64,000 nucleotides of DNA, from UHGV virus genome UHGV-0027388; one strand, 5' to 3'. Below, piece after piece: positions 16,358 to 25,442 of the stretch (the stretch's first letter is position 1; the number at the start of each line of letters is the position of its first letter). The notes under the pieces were generated by a model. The model did not search any database, had not been told where the DNA came from, and saw nothing but the letters and a program-made list of their open reading frames with translations. Origin of the DNA: a virus. Position numbers and translations under genes: made by a program.

Positions 16358-16379
16358 GCGTGGCAAGGAGGAATAAGAA

Positions 16380-16739
16380 ATGACACGAAAAGATGCGCAG
16401 AAATCTCAAATTCTCCAACATCTAAAACGGCATGGAACTATCACGAGCATGGAAGCTATTACACTGTTTGGATGCACCCGCTTGAGCGGACGGATATTCG
16501 ACCTCCGACATGAAGGTTATCTTATCCGAAGCGACAAAACAGAGGGCAAAGCCCGTAATGGTAATGCGTGTCAGTTCACTACTTACGTTTACGAAGGGAG
16601 GATGACGGAGAATGGACATTTGGAGCCTGCTACTTGGAACAGTGATCGGCATCTGGTTCTGGGAGTTTGCGAAACAGCTGGCACGGGTGATTGCGTCGAT
16701 GATCGGAACACACCGGACACGAAAGCTGCGAGAGCGTAA
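16380..16739 (+). CDS. winged-helix DNA-binding protein (phage small regulatory protein family)
   Basis: QILQHLKRHGTITSMEAITLFGCTRLSGRIFDLRHEGYLI matches a common phage wHTH pattern. The ORF tail overlaps the next gene and may be shorter. Confidence 0.5.
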   Translation: MTRKDAQKSQILQHLKRHGTITSMEAITLFGCTRLSGRIFDLRHEGYLIRSDKTEGKARNGNACQFTTYVYEGRMTENGHLEPATWNSDRHLVLGVCETAGTGDCVDDRNTPDTKAARA

Positions 16740-16821
16740 GGAAGAAGCCAGAAAGGCTAAATCCGATAAGGTGAGCAGAAGAGAACTGTTTCTTCACAAT
16801 GAACGGGAGATTACCCGCTGA
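16612..16821 (+). CDS. small membrane protein (69 aa)
   Basis: GGGAGG RBS. N-terminal TM segment LLLGTVIGIWFWEF, basic C-terminus. Confidence 0.35.
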   Translation: MDIWSLLLGTVIGIWFWEFAKQLARVIASMIGTHRTRKLRERKEEARKAKSDKVSRRELFLHNEREITR

Positions 16822-16901
16822 TTGAAGAGCAAGGGCATTAGTCACAGGTGGAGGCATGGACGAAAAAATTGCCATGAAAGCGGCGGTAGTGGCCGCCTGG
16901 A

Positions 16902-17315
16902 ATGGCAGAAAGGAAGTTTGAAGGTATGGATCATGAGAAAATGACCACCAGCATTCTGGATATGTGCATGGGAGCCATCAAAGAGCGGGTGGACTACGAC
17001 GCCGCCCGGGTGGTGGAGAACATCCTTGACCCGAATACGGAGCCGAAGGCAAAGCGCAAGATTACGCTGACGATCGAATTTATCCCCAGCAGCGACCGCA
17101 GCCATATCACGGTGCATACGGGCAGTAAGGCAGCTCTGGCACCCACCGCGCCGGTGGAGACCAGCCTGGGCATGATGAGCGATGCCAACGGTGAGATGCA
17201 GTTGGTGGAGCTGCTGCCACAGGTGGCCGGTCAGATGGACTTTGATGGCGAGCAGACGCCAGAGCCGAAGGTTCTGAAACTGGCCGCTCTGGCAGAGCAA
17301 CGGAAAACGATGTGA
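16902..17315 (+). CDS. hypothetical phage protein (137 aa)
   Basis: ORF-table entry within the early gene series. Confidence 0.5.
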   Translation: MAERKFEGMDHEKMTTSILDMCMGAIKERVDYDAARVVENILDPNTEPKAKRKITLTIEFIPSSDRSHITVHTGSKAALAPTAPVETSLGMMSDANGEMQLVELLPQVAGQMDFDGEQTPEPKVLKLAALAEQRKTM

Positions 17316-18055
17316 TGGAGGGAACAATCATGTTGAAGGAAGCAATCGAGAAAATCGTGGAATTGTCTGGTCCTAAGACGATTACAGATCAGTACGGTCA
17401 GGTCTGGTCCGATCGTCCAATGAAGGTCGTGGAGCGCGAAAGACAGCGCCCGGATAAGCTGGCAGTGAGCAGCTTGGATTCCATTGCCCGTCTTGTCCGT
17501 AAAGAGGCGGTCGAGAATTTTGATGAAGGAGTCCCGATTTACGTTCATGTGACCGGTTACAAAACCGTGCGCGTGTTCACCGGTTATCTGGACGACTATT
17601 CCAGAGATGTGCTCTATGAGGCAACTGCCGATGTGCCGGATTTTCGAGGCGGCTATCGTGAGCGCGAGACGGCACTGATTGAGTTGCGTAGCTTGTTCCT
17701 GCCCGGTGACGGCGTTGAATATCTGCTGGATCTACTCAGCCGGATGAGCGATGAGAGCAAGGTTATCAGCGTCGACAACGGTGTGACACAGGGCGTGGAG
17801 GTTGCAAAGGGCATTTCGCTCAAGTCGACGCAGGCTATCCGCCCCAGAGTGGCGTTGCAGCCCTTCCGCACGTTTCTGGAGGTGACTCAACCCGCTAGTG
17901 AATTTCTACTCCGGGTGTCCGAAAATGGGAACATCGGCCTGTTTGAGGCGGACGGAGGTGTCTGGAAGCTGGAGGCCAAAAATAATATCGCGGCCTACCT
18001 CCGCGAGGCGCTGGCTGATGAGATCAAAAGCGAAAAGGTGGTGGTCATGGTATGA
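17312..18055 (+). CDS. hypothetical phage protein (247 aa)
   Basis: ORF-table entry. Its start overlaps the previous stop (ATGA). Confidence 0.55.
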   Translation: MMEGTIMLKEAIEKIVELSGPKTITDQYGQVWSDRPMKVVERERQRPDKLAVSSLDSIARLVRKEAVENFDEGVPIYVHVTGYKTVRVFTGYLDDYSRDVLYEATADVPDFRGGYRERETALIELRSLFLPGDGVEYLLDLLSRMSDESKVISVDNGVTQGVEVAKGISLKSTQAIRPRVALQPFRTFLEVTQPASEFLLRVSENGNIGLFEADGGVWKLEAKNNIAAYLREALADEIKSEKVVVMV

Positions 18056-18117
18056 TCGTCTATCCGGCCGGGCCGATCACCGATGTGGCGGCGCAGAGAT
18101 GAAGGGGGTAAGGTCAA

Positions 18118-18861
18118 GTGGCTGACTGCATTGACGCGATGGAGGCCACAGTAGCCGGACTCCACGCGGTTGAGCGCTTATGCACCGCGAATGCAGTCAG
18201 TAGGCAATATCCGGTCGGCTACAAGACGCGGCGCAAGGTTTTCAAAGACAGGGAAAGCTGGCTGGAAGGCCGTGAGAACGGAATCGGTGCCAGCGAAGCA
18301 AGCGCAATTCTAGGGTTCAGTCCGTGGCTGAGTTCCATCGAACTATGGAAGCGCAAGGCCGGTCTTGTCACTCCGAAAGAGATTGTTGGTAACGCTGCAA
18401 TCGACCGGGGGAAACGCATGGAGGGCGCACTCAGAAACCTGTTTGCCACCCAGCACCCGGAATACCGTGTAGATTACCGTGAGTTCGACATTCTCTATCA
18501 GGCTAACCGCCCGTGGCTGACCGCTACACTGGACGGAGAGTTGCACGACGAAAACGACCGCTTCGGCGTTCTTGAAATCAAGACTGCGCTATGCTCGAAG
18601 CGAACTGACTGGGAAAAATGGAAAGACCAGGTTCCAGACTACTACGCCGTGCAGTGCTTCCATCAGATGTTAGCCACAGGCGCTGAGTTCGTAAAACTCT
18701 ATGCGTGGCTGTGCAACATTGAGGGTGACGCTTCCTTGAGGACGTACACTTTCGAGCGCACAGATCACAAAGAGGATTTGGAATACCTGCTGGAACGCGA
18801 AACAGAGTTCTGGGGATATGTCGAAAAACGCATCATGCCGCCCATGATTATTACGTTCTGA
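18118..18861 (+). CDS. YqaJ-like viral recombinase exonuclease (lambda Exo-like)
   Basis: GIGASEASAILGFSPWLSSIELWKRKAG matches the YqaJ domain signature. Confidence 0.8.
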   Translation: MADCIDAMEATVAGLHAVERLCTANAVSRQYPVGYKTRRKVFKDRESWLEGRENGIGASEASAILGFSPWLSSIELWKRKAGLVTPKEIVGNAAIDRGKRMEGALRNLFATQHPEYRVDYREFDILYQANRPWLTATLDGELHDENDRFGVLEIKTALCSKRTDWEKWKDQVPDYYAVQCFHQMLATGAEFVKLYAWLCNIEGDASLRTYTFERTDHKEDLEYLLERETEFWGYVEKRIMPPMIITF

Positions 18862-18894
18862 ATAAATCGAGACATTATACAGGAAGGAGATAAC

Positions 18895-19770
18895 ATGGCA
18901 AACGAGATTGGGTTTGTCGTCGATCAGACGGCACTCACGAGCGCACAGGCCACTGTCATTCAGGCAAACTTTGACGAGATGAAGAAGTATCTCACAGAGA
19001 TGATGGAGCCTTATAAAACGCTCTCTATCAGCCCAGATGACATTCAGGCCGCAAAGGCCATTCAGGCCAGAATCGGCAAAGTCAAAGACCGTATTGAGGA
19101 ACAGCGCAAGACTGTCAAGAAAATGTGGGGAGTTCCGCTGGCTGAATTTGAGAAGCGCTGCAAGGAACTGACCGCAGAGTGCGATGAAGCTACCAGCAAT
19201 ATCAAAGGACAGCTTGCAGAGTATGAAGAACAGCGCAAGCAGGAAAAGGGGTATGAGCTTTCCAACTTTTTTGATGGATGTGTCGCGGAGTCACCGGAAG
19301 TCGAGGCATATCTCAAGTGGAGTGACATCTTTGATTCCAGATGGCTTAACGTTACCTACTCCATCGGAAAGGCAAAGATGGAAATCTCTAACGCAGTTGG
19401 AAAATGTGCGGAAGAACTGAGACAAATCCGTTCCCTCAAGAGCAGATATGAGACGGCACTCTTGGATGTTTACAAGAGCACACATAACCTGGCACTTGTC
19501 ATGCAAAAGCAGATCGAATATGCCAACCGGGATGCGGAACAGCGGCGCAAAGAGCTTGAAGAACAGGCCGCCGAGAAAGAGAAGGAAGCACACAGGCAGG
19601 AAACGGAAACCGCAGAGCAGGTTCAGGCGCAAGAGACAGCACCTGTCGAGCCAGAAAAACCCGCTGCGAAAATTTACCGCCTTTCTTTCAGAGTCACCGG
19701 AACCAGAGAACAGCTTATGGAACTCAGTTCCTACATGAAAAACGCTGGAATTTCCTACGAAAGAATCTGA
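18895..19770 (+). CDS. coiled-coil phage protein (possibly DUF1351-like, commonly adjacent to RecT)
   Basis: 291 aa with a charged coiled-coil C-terminus. The family name is from memory and is uncertain. Confidence 0.5.
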   Translation: MANEIGFVVDQTALTSAQATVIQANFDEMKKYLTEMMEPYKTLSISPDDIQAAKAIQARIGKVKDRIEEQRKTVKKMWGVPLAEFEKRCKELTAECDEATSNIKGQLAEYEEQRKQEKGYELSNFFDGCVAESPEVEAYLKWSDIFDSRWLNVTYSIGKAKMEISNAVGKCAEELRQIRSLKSRYETALLDVYKSTHNLALVMQKQIEYANRDAEQRRKELEEQAAEKEKEAHRQETETAEQVQAQETAPVEPEKPAAKIYRLSFRVTGTREQLMELSSYMKNAGISYERI

Positions 19771-19779
19771 CACACGCAA

Positions 19780-20630
19780 TGGATATGCGCCGAACGGAAA
19801 AGAAACGCCTAGTAATTGCCAAGCCGTGAGTTGCTCTGCGATGGAATGGCGGCGAAAAGCAAGAAACCGATTTGCTATGTAACTGCTCTGAACAGCACTG
19901 AAAAGCTATGGATGAGCTGAGAAGAGATTAGCGTGGGAGAGGCGAAGCACCGAAAGGCCGTGCATAGTAATGGCATAGAACTGAATAGCGGCGGAACAGA
20001 ACGGAACAGCAAAGCATAGGCAGAGAACAGAGATGTTAAGCAAAGGCAAAGACTTGCAGTGAAGCGCGGCGGCGGAGACAAGCCTCGAGATGCATTGGAA
20101 CGGCACAGTTTCGCAAGGCCTAGGAATGGCACTGATTCCCAACGCAAAGCAAAAAAATGGTGCAGAACGTCAAAGCGGCGCAACGGAAAAGAACTGATGT
20201 GAGTAGCAGCGGAATGGCGCAGTGTGGACACGCAAGGCAATGGTTCCGCCATGCTCTGAATAGCTCTGGCATTGCTGGGACTGGAGACGATGGGATAGGC
20301 ATTGGAATTGCAAAGCAAGGTAAGAGGCGCATTGGAAGAGCACTGAACCGCTAAGGAAAAGCAAGGATTCGACGCGACCGGCAAAGGATTCGCAGAGCAA
20401 GGAGACGTGGTGCAACGGAATTGCAGTGAGTAGCACAGCTGGGGCTTTGCGGTGCTTCGCAAAGCATAGGAATGGCAAAGCATCGAAACACTACGCAATG
20501 GAACTGAGTAGCAACGTAAAGCGCTACAATGGATATGCAATGCGAGGCGGTGCGGCGGACTAGCATAGCACAGCGAAGGAGCTGCACGGCGCGGCCACGA
20601 ATGGAAAACAACATTTTGGAGGTATAGACA
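19780..20630. repeat. 850-bp non-coding, purine-rich (T-poor + strand) degenerate repeat tract with about 30-bp periodicity (motifs NATGG, GCAAAGC, GCAAGG, GAGTAGCA)
   Basis: Read directly. Only low-complexity spurious ORFs overlap it. Recurring words include gcaatggatatgc (x2), gagtagca (x3) and gcaaagcatagg (x2). Confidence 0.7.
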
Positions 20631-21349
20631 TGGATATTTTGAAAGCAATGACGAAGAAGCACATTCGCATGACCTTTACGGAGGAAGTTTTGGGAACCTG
20701 CTCCAACAACCCGGAGTTGCATGATGAGTTTATCGCCAGCAAAGCACCAGACGCTATGACACGCGAACAGGAGGTTGCAGCAATCGGTGTCGGCGATATG
20801 GTCGAGAAGGGAATGACCGTTTTCCCCCGCAACTCCGATGGCGTACCTATCCTCTGGGGATACCAGATCGAGGGGTTTCTCAAAGAGGCCATGAAGAATA
20901 TCAAAAAACATTGGCCTAACAGCGAGTGCGCAAAAGTAAAGGCCAACAAACAGACTATCGACAATGCGATTTTCGTCTATTACGAGGCTATTCCGTACAT
21001 CGAGATTCAGAGCAAGGAGAAAACAGACCGTATCGGCGTTCCGTATCAAAAGGACGGTGTTTTCTACGACACGGCTATTCCGGTCGATATGTACGGAGGT
21101 GTCGTAGGAGACTGCCAGCGTCCTCTGAGAGCAGAAACCGCACAGGGGCCAAGAGTTGCTCTCGCACACTCCGAGAGCTTGCCCGCCGGGAGCCAAATCG
21201 AGTTCTGGGTCAGCATTGCTCCAATTCTCGGTAAAGGCATTGACGCAGAGGAGGTCTTGCACGAAGTGCTTGACTACGCACAGCTCAAGGGTATTGGCCA
21301 GTGGCGCAACTCTGGCAAGGGCCGAGCCGTTTGGGAATATATTGACTAA
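20630..21349 (+). CDS. hypothetical protein (239 aa) with a C-terminal RAMP-like glycine-rich loop GIGQWRNSGKG
   Basis: The loop matches the Cas6/RAMP GhGxxxxxGhG pattern. Size about 240 aa. No other similarity recognised. Confidence 0.55.
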   Translation: MDILKAMTKKHIRMTFTEEVLGTCSNNPELHDEFIASKAPDAMTREQEVAAIGVGDMVEKGMTVFPRNSDGVPILWGYQIEGFLKEAMKNIKKHWPNSECAKVKANKQTIDNAIFVYYEAIPYIEIQSKEKTDRIGVPYQKDGVFYDTAIPVDMYGGVVGDCQRPLRAETAQGPRVALAHSESLPAGSQIEFWVSIAPILGKGIDAEEVLHEVLDYAQLKGIGQWRNSGKGRAVWEYID

Positions 21350-21380
21350 TCCTAAAAATTGATAAGGAGGAAATGCCAAA

Positions 21381-21689
21381 ATGAAGATGATGAAGTGTGG
21401 GCACTCGGCTAACGCAGAGAGAATCAACCCAGATGGAAGCAAATCCCCATACTGCCTGATTTGCGATTGCGGAGAAGTAGCTGATGAGCCAAATTTGTCC
21501 GGGAGAATGGCAAGATGCTCCTGTTACGGTATGATTGTAGATCGGAAGAACGAAACATGGTACCCGCAGATGATGAACGGGAATAGGTGCGGAAGCATCG
21601 TTCCATCCAGTACAGACTTGCCATTCTTTGAGTATAGACCAAATTTCGAGTTCGACAAGTTTTATTGCGGGTGCCAGTCTTGGGACTGA
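21381..21689 (+). CDS. Cys-rich putative zinc-binding protein (102 aa)
   Basis: Multiple CxxC pairs (CLICDCG, CSCYG, CGCQ). Confidence 0.5.
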   Translation: MKMMKCGHSANAERINPDGSKSPYCLICDCGEVADEPNLSGRMARCSCYGMIVDRKNETWYPQMMNGNRCGSIVPSSTDLPFFEYRPNFEFDKFYCGCQSWD

Positions 21690-21722
21690 TTTGCCGCCAA
21701 CTAAAGGAGGAATAAAAACTAA

Positions 21723-22724
21723 ATGAACGTAAAAAATCAGCTAGTCACACGCCAGAAAGAAGAATTCTCTGCCTTCATTGCAAAAGAAGGGACTCAGAAA
21801 ACAATTATGAATGCGCTGAATGATACAGCGTCAGCGCAGAGACTTACATCAACTCTTGTTTCAGCCGTTGCGTCAAACCCGCAGCTGAAACAATGTAAGT
21901 CGGAAACCATCCTTGCAAGTGCTTTGCGCGGTGAAGGAATGGGGCTTATCTACGGGCTGACATATTACCTTGTGCCGTACAATGACATCTGCACCTTCCA
22001 AATGGGCTACAAGGCATACATTCAGCTTGCGATCACAACGGGGCTTTACTCTGACATGGACTGTCTGGAGGTACGGGAGGGTGAGCTTGCTGGGCGCGAC
22101 AAGCGCACAGGAAAGCGCCTAGTTGACTTGTCAGTGTACGAAACCGACGAAGAACGCCTTTCCCACCCAGTTATCGGCTACTACGCCTATTTCATCCTGA
22201 AAGATGGCACTTTCCGATGTGAATACTGGCCTATGGAAAAGATTTTGGAGCACGCAGACCACTATTCAAAAGCATTTGACCTGGAAAAATTCCGAAAGCT
22301 ACAGAACAATGAGCTTTCAGACAGTGAAGCGGCAAGTCTGCTCGGTGGTTCTCCGTGGTACGATGCGGGCGGCGGTCAGATTAAGATGGCAAAAAAGACT
22401 GTCCTGAAATCACTCCTGACTTCCGGCTTTGCTCCGCTGTCCAACGAGGTCAAATATCAGTTCCGCTTTGATTCCTCTGATGAAACCCCGAAGTTTGAGG
22501 GAATGCCGATTTTCAGCACTGACAATACACCCAGGATCGGAAACGAGGCGGCAGAACCAGAGAGTGATGCGCTTCCGGCTGCTGCTAGTGCGGGGCCCGC
22601 TACTCAGAGCGCAGATTCCTTCGATGCGGCCAACGAGCAAACGAAACCGAAGCGCGGTCGGTCAGCTAAGAAAGCGGAAACAGACGATGATGTTTTCAAC
22701 CAGTTTTTCGGAGAGACTGAATAA
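21723..22724 (+). CDS. recT: RecT-family single-strand annealing protein
   Basis: ICTFQMGYKAYIQLAITTG and overall RecT architecture, with an acidic C-terminal tail. Confidence 0.85.
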   Translation: MNVKNQLVTRQKEEFSAFIAKEGTQKTIMNALNDTASAQRLTSTLVSAVASNPQLKQCKSETILASALRGEGMGLIYGLTYYLVPYNDICTFQMGYKAYIQLAITTGLYSDMDCLEVREGELAGRDKRTGKRLVDLSVYETDEERLSHPVIGYYAYFILKDGTFRCEYWPMEKILEHADHYSKAFDLEKFRKLQNNELSDSEAASLLGGSPWYDAGGGQIKMAKKTVLKSLLTSGFAPLSNEVKYQFRFDSSDETPKFEGMPIFSTDNTPRIGNEAAEPESDALPAAASAGPATQSADSFDAANEQTKPKRGRSAKKAETDDDVFNQFFGETE

Positions 22725-23188
22725 TGAAAATTGCACAAGTCGGGAAAGACGGAACAATCTACACTATTGTTACCGGGAAGGTTTCGCGTGATGCAAAATT
22801 AGAATATACGCCAAATAAGCACACTCCAAAGGTGACATTCTCAATGTCATACGGGAAGAAGCAGTATGTAAACTGTTGCGCGCTCGGAGAGAATGACACA
22901 ACGGTTATTGCATCTACGCTTGAAGGTGGAGATGTTATTTGTGCGGCTGGAACTTACTCTGAGCGAAAATATACGTCTAAGAAGGATGGCTCCGAAAAGG
23001 TCTGGGGGGAAATCCTAGTTGACTTTATCTGCCCGCAGTCATCACTTGCATTTGGAAACCAAGACAGCGCGGAAAGCGTTCAGGGCGTTCCAGAAGGCTC
23101 AGATCAGGCAGAAGCGCAACAGCAGAAGAACGACGATGACAGCGGTTTCTCCGAAGTATGTGACGAGGATGAAGAGTTGCCGTTCTGA
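22724..23188 (+). CDS. ssb: single-stranded DNA-binding protein
   Basis: OB-fold-like N-terminus followed by a Gln/acidic linker. Ends with the SSB acidic tip DEDEELPF. Confidence 0.85.
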   Translation: MKIAQVGKDGTIYTIVTGKVSRDAKLEYTPNKHTPKVTFSMSYGKKQYVNCCALGENDTTVIASTLEGGDVICAAGTYSERKYTSKKDGSEKVWGEILVDFICPQSSLAFGNQDSAESVQGVPEGSDQAEAQQQKNDDDSGFSEVCDEDEELPF

Positions 23189-23257
23189 TGTAACAAATAC
23201 GGTTTGGGCGGTGCCGCGTCGTCGCCCAAGCCGAAAAAGAAAGGTACGGGATGAGAA

Positions 23258-24148
23258 TTGGCAGATGCAATTATTGAGCGATCCATAGTAAGGAAAATTA
23301 TAGAGAACGCATCTAGACTTCCTTCCCCCTACACATACATTGGAACCGACGGACTTAAACATTGCTCAAGATGCCACGGCCTGAGAGAGCATACCGTGAA
23401 AGTTGATGGTGTATTCAATGGTGTCAAGGTTCCGTGCATCTGTGCTTGTATGCAAAAACGGTATGATGCATCGCTGGAATCACAAAGGAAGAAGCAGCTT
23501 GAATTAAAAATCATGGAATACCGCAGCTTGGGGTTTGCGGAACGGCGCTACGAGTCCATGACATTTGATGCAGATGCCAATGCGGGAAGCAAGTTGTCTA
23601 ACGCAATGAAGCGTTACTGCGACAACTTCGACAAATTCAAGGAGCGCGGATTAGGGTTGTTGCTATACGGTCCGTGCGGAACCGGAAAAACATTTTATGC
23701 GGCTTGCATCGTGAATCAGCTCATAAACAGCGGCAGACCGGCAATGCTTACGAATTTTTCAAGGCTTGTAAATCTGGCGCAAGCTACAAAGTTTGAGAAT
23801 CGTCAAGACTTCTATGATAACTTAGCGCGGGCTGATTTGATTGCCATTGATGATCTCGGAGTTGAGCGTGGAACAGAGTATATGACCGAACAGATGGAAT
23901 TGATTATAGATCAGCTCTATCGAGCCGGAACTCCGATGATTATTACGAGCAATTACAGTCCAGAATGGATGATGAGAGAACAGGAACTCAGACGCAAGCG
24001 AATGTATGACCGTATATTAGAGCGTTGCCATGCAGTCGAGATTGCCGGAGAGAGTAAAAGAATACAAGCGGGAAGGTCAAATCACTGGCCTGTGCATAAG
24101 GAACTTGGATTGAGCGGTGGAGAAGATGCGTCCGGCACGAGAGCTTGA
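23258..24148 (+). CDS. DnaC/IstB-like AAA+ helicase loader with an N-terminal zinc finger
   Basis: Walker A LYGPCGTGKT and Walker B LIAIDDLG. Confidence 0.85.
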   Translation: MADAIIERSIVRKIIENASRLPSPYTYIGTDGLKHCSRCHGLREHTVKVDGVFNGVKVPCICACMQKRYDASLESQRKKQLELKIMEYRSLGFAERRYESMTFDADANAGSKLSNAMKRYCDNFDKFKERGLGLLLYGPCGTGKTFYAACIVNQLINSGRPAMLTNFSRLVNLAQATKFENRQDFYDNLARADLIAIDDLGVERGTEYMTEQMELIIDQLYRAGTPMIITSNYSPEWMMREQELRRKRMYDRILERCHAVEIAGESKRIQAGRSNHWPVHKELGLSGGEDASGTRA

Positions 24149-24314
24149 GAACTGCCCGTTTTGTGGCTCCGAGGCCAAGCTATTTTCACACGAAATAGAC
24201 ACCGGGAAGTTTATTTGGTGGGTGCAATGCAGAAATACTCACTGCCTTGCCAGACAAACGCCTGTCAACAGTGAGAAAATCGCAGTTGAAAGATGGAATT
24301 ACAGGGAGTGTTAA
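24117..24314 (+). CDS. lar: Lar-family restriction alleviation protein
   Basis: 65 aa. ENCPFCGSEAKLF CPFCG motif near the N-terminus plus a second Cys pair. Confidence 0.65.
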   Translation: MEKMRPARELENCPFCGSEAKLFSHEIDTGKFIWWVQCRNTHCLARQTPVNSEKIAVERWNYREC

Positions 24315-24373
24315 GACGTTGTTTCAACGTGCGTAATATACTTCACACAGTTCTGAAATGAGGACGGTACCAA

Positions 24374-24568
24374 ATGACACGGTTTGAATGGCTACAGGCC
24401 ACATCTAAAGAAGAAGCCGCAGATTGCCTTGCGAACCTTCTGAATTGGACTGTTTCAGAGGCTTGTGCCTACTACAATCAAATGCCGCCTTATTGGGCAT
24501 ACCTGACGAGAGAAGATATTCTTGAAATATTAGATAGACCGATAGAGAAGGACGTGACAGCTGAATGA
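24374..24568 (+). CDS. hypothetical protein (64 aa)
   Basis: ORF-table entry. Confidence 0.4.
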   Translation: MTRFEWLQATSKEEAADCLANLLNWTVSEACAYYNQMPPYWAYLTREDILEILDRPIEKDVTAE

Positions 24569-25035
24569 TCTTTATTGGAATAGACCCAGGAAAGAGCGGC
24601 GCTATGGTCGTTTCATTCCCAGATGGGCATATGGATTGCATTTTCTTTGACGAGAGAGCTTACGCGAAAGAGATCAGAACTGTAGCAGACACAATGCGGC
24701 AGGAGAATGAAAAGGCTGTGTGCTGCTTGGAACGAGTCGGAGCGATGCCAAAACAGGGACTGGCAAGCACCTTCAATTTTGGCATGAATTACGGGATTAT
24801 CCAGGGCGCCTTAATCGCTTGCGGAGTTCCGTTTGAGCTAGTAAGCCCGCAGAAATGGAAGAAGGAGTTTGGGGTAACATCAGACAAGAACACGTCAATT
24901 CAGGTTTGTCAGCACCTTTTCCCAGACCTCAATCTTTACAGGACAGACCGCTGTAGGAAGCCACATGATGGGCTTGCAGAAGCGGCCCTGATGTGCGAAT
25001 ACGCCAGAAGAAAGTGGAGTGATGCGCAACGATGA
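24565..25035 (+). CDS. RuvC-like Holliday junction resolvase (phage type)
   Basis: Starts with the characteristic MIFIGIDPGKSGAMVV catalytic motif. Confidence 0.75.
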   Translation: MIFIGIDPGKSGAMVVSFPDGHMDCIFFDERAYAKEIRTVADTMRQENEKAVCCLERVGAMPKQGLASTFNFGMNYGIIQGALIACGVPFELVSPQKWKKEFGVTSDKNTSIQVCQHLFPDLNLYRTDRCRKPHDGLAEAALMCEYARRKWSDAQR

Positions 25036-25226
25036 AGGAATTTATTAAATGCCCGAACGGGCATATTTTGGGAGAACTCAAGAAGGATGGAACCTTTACA
25101 AGTAAGCACAGGCGCAGAATTGTGACCGTCAGAGCTGACGGAGAAATCACTCTTGAGTGTGGCCAATGCGGGAAAATCGTTCAGATTTCCACCCATTACC
25201 CCGTCGGAAGCGGTGATGGAGAATGA
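25032..25226 (+). CDS. zinc-ribbon small protein (64 aa)
   Basis: CPNGH...ECGQCG. Confidence 0.4.
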   Translation: MKEFIKCPNGHILGELKKDGTFTSKHRRRIVTVRADGEITLECGQCGKIVQISTHYPVGSGDGE

Positions 25227-25429
25227 ATTATAGGGGTCAAAAGCACCTGCACCCTCTCCCACCTTGTCAACATTGCGGGATGGATAGTGGAGTGAGGAAA
25301 CAGACAGAAGAACCAGATCGATACTGCGTGATTTGTGAAAGTTGCGGATGGCATACAGCAATGAGCACAGACAAGGCTAAGGCAACCCGCGATTGGAAGA
25401 ACGGAAAACTCTTTCCGGGACGCAAATAA
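25223..25429 (+). CDS. zinc-finger small protein (68 aa)
   Basis: CQHCG...CVICESCGWH. Confidence 0.4.
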   Translation: MNYRGQKHLHPLPPCQHCGMDSGVRKQTEEPDRYCVICESCGWHTAMSTDKAKATRDWKNGKLFPGRK

Positions 25430-25442
25430 AGGCGGCGATTGA

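Noticed and set aside
16380-16739. Full 119-aa length of the wHTH protein
   Set aside because: The C-terminal 40 residues overlap the RBS-preceded gene 16612-16821 in another frame. The true stop may be earlier through a frameshift or sequencing issue. It is kept as called but flagged.
19780-20630. Possible CRISPR array, considered because of the adjacent RAMP-like G-loop protein
   Set aside because: The repeats are degenerate short words with irregular spacing. There is no fixed 24-48-nt repeat and no unique spacers.
19875-20648. 257-aa minus-strand ORF and other short ORFs across the purine-rich tract
   Set aside because: Ser/Leu/Pro/Ala/Cys low-complexity translation of a repetitive region with no RBS. 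The region is treated as non-coding.
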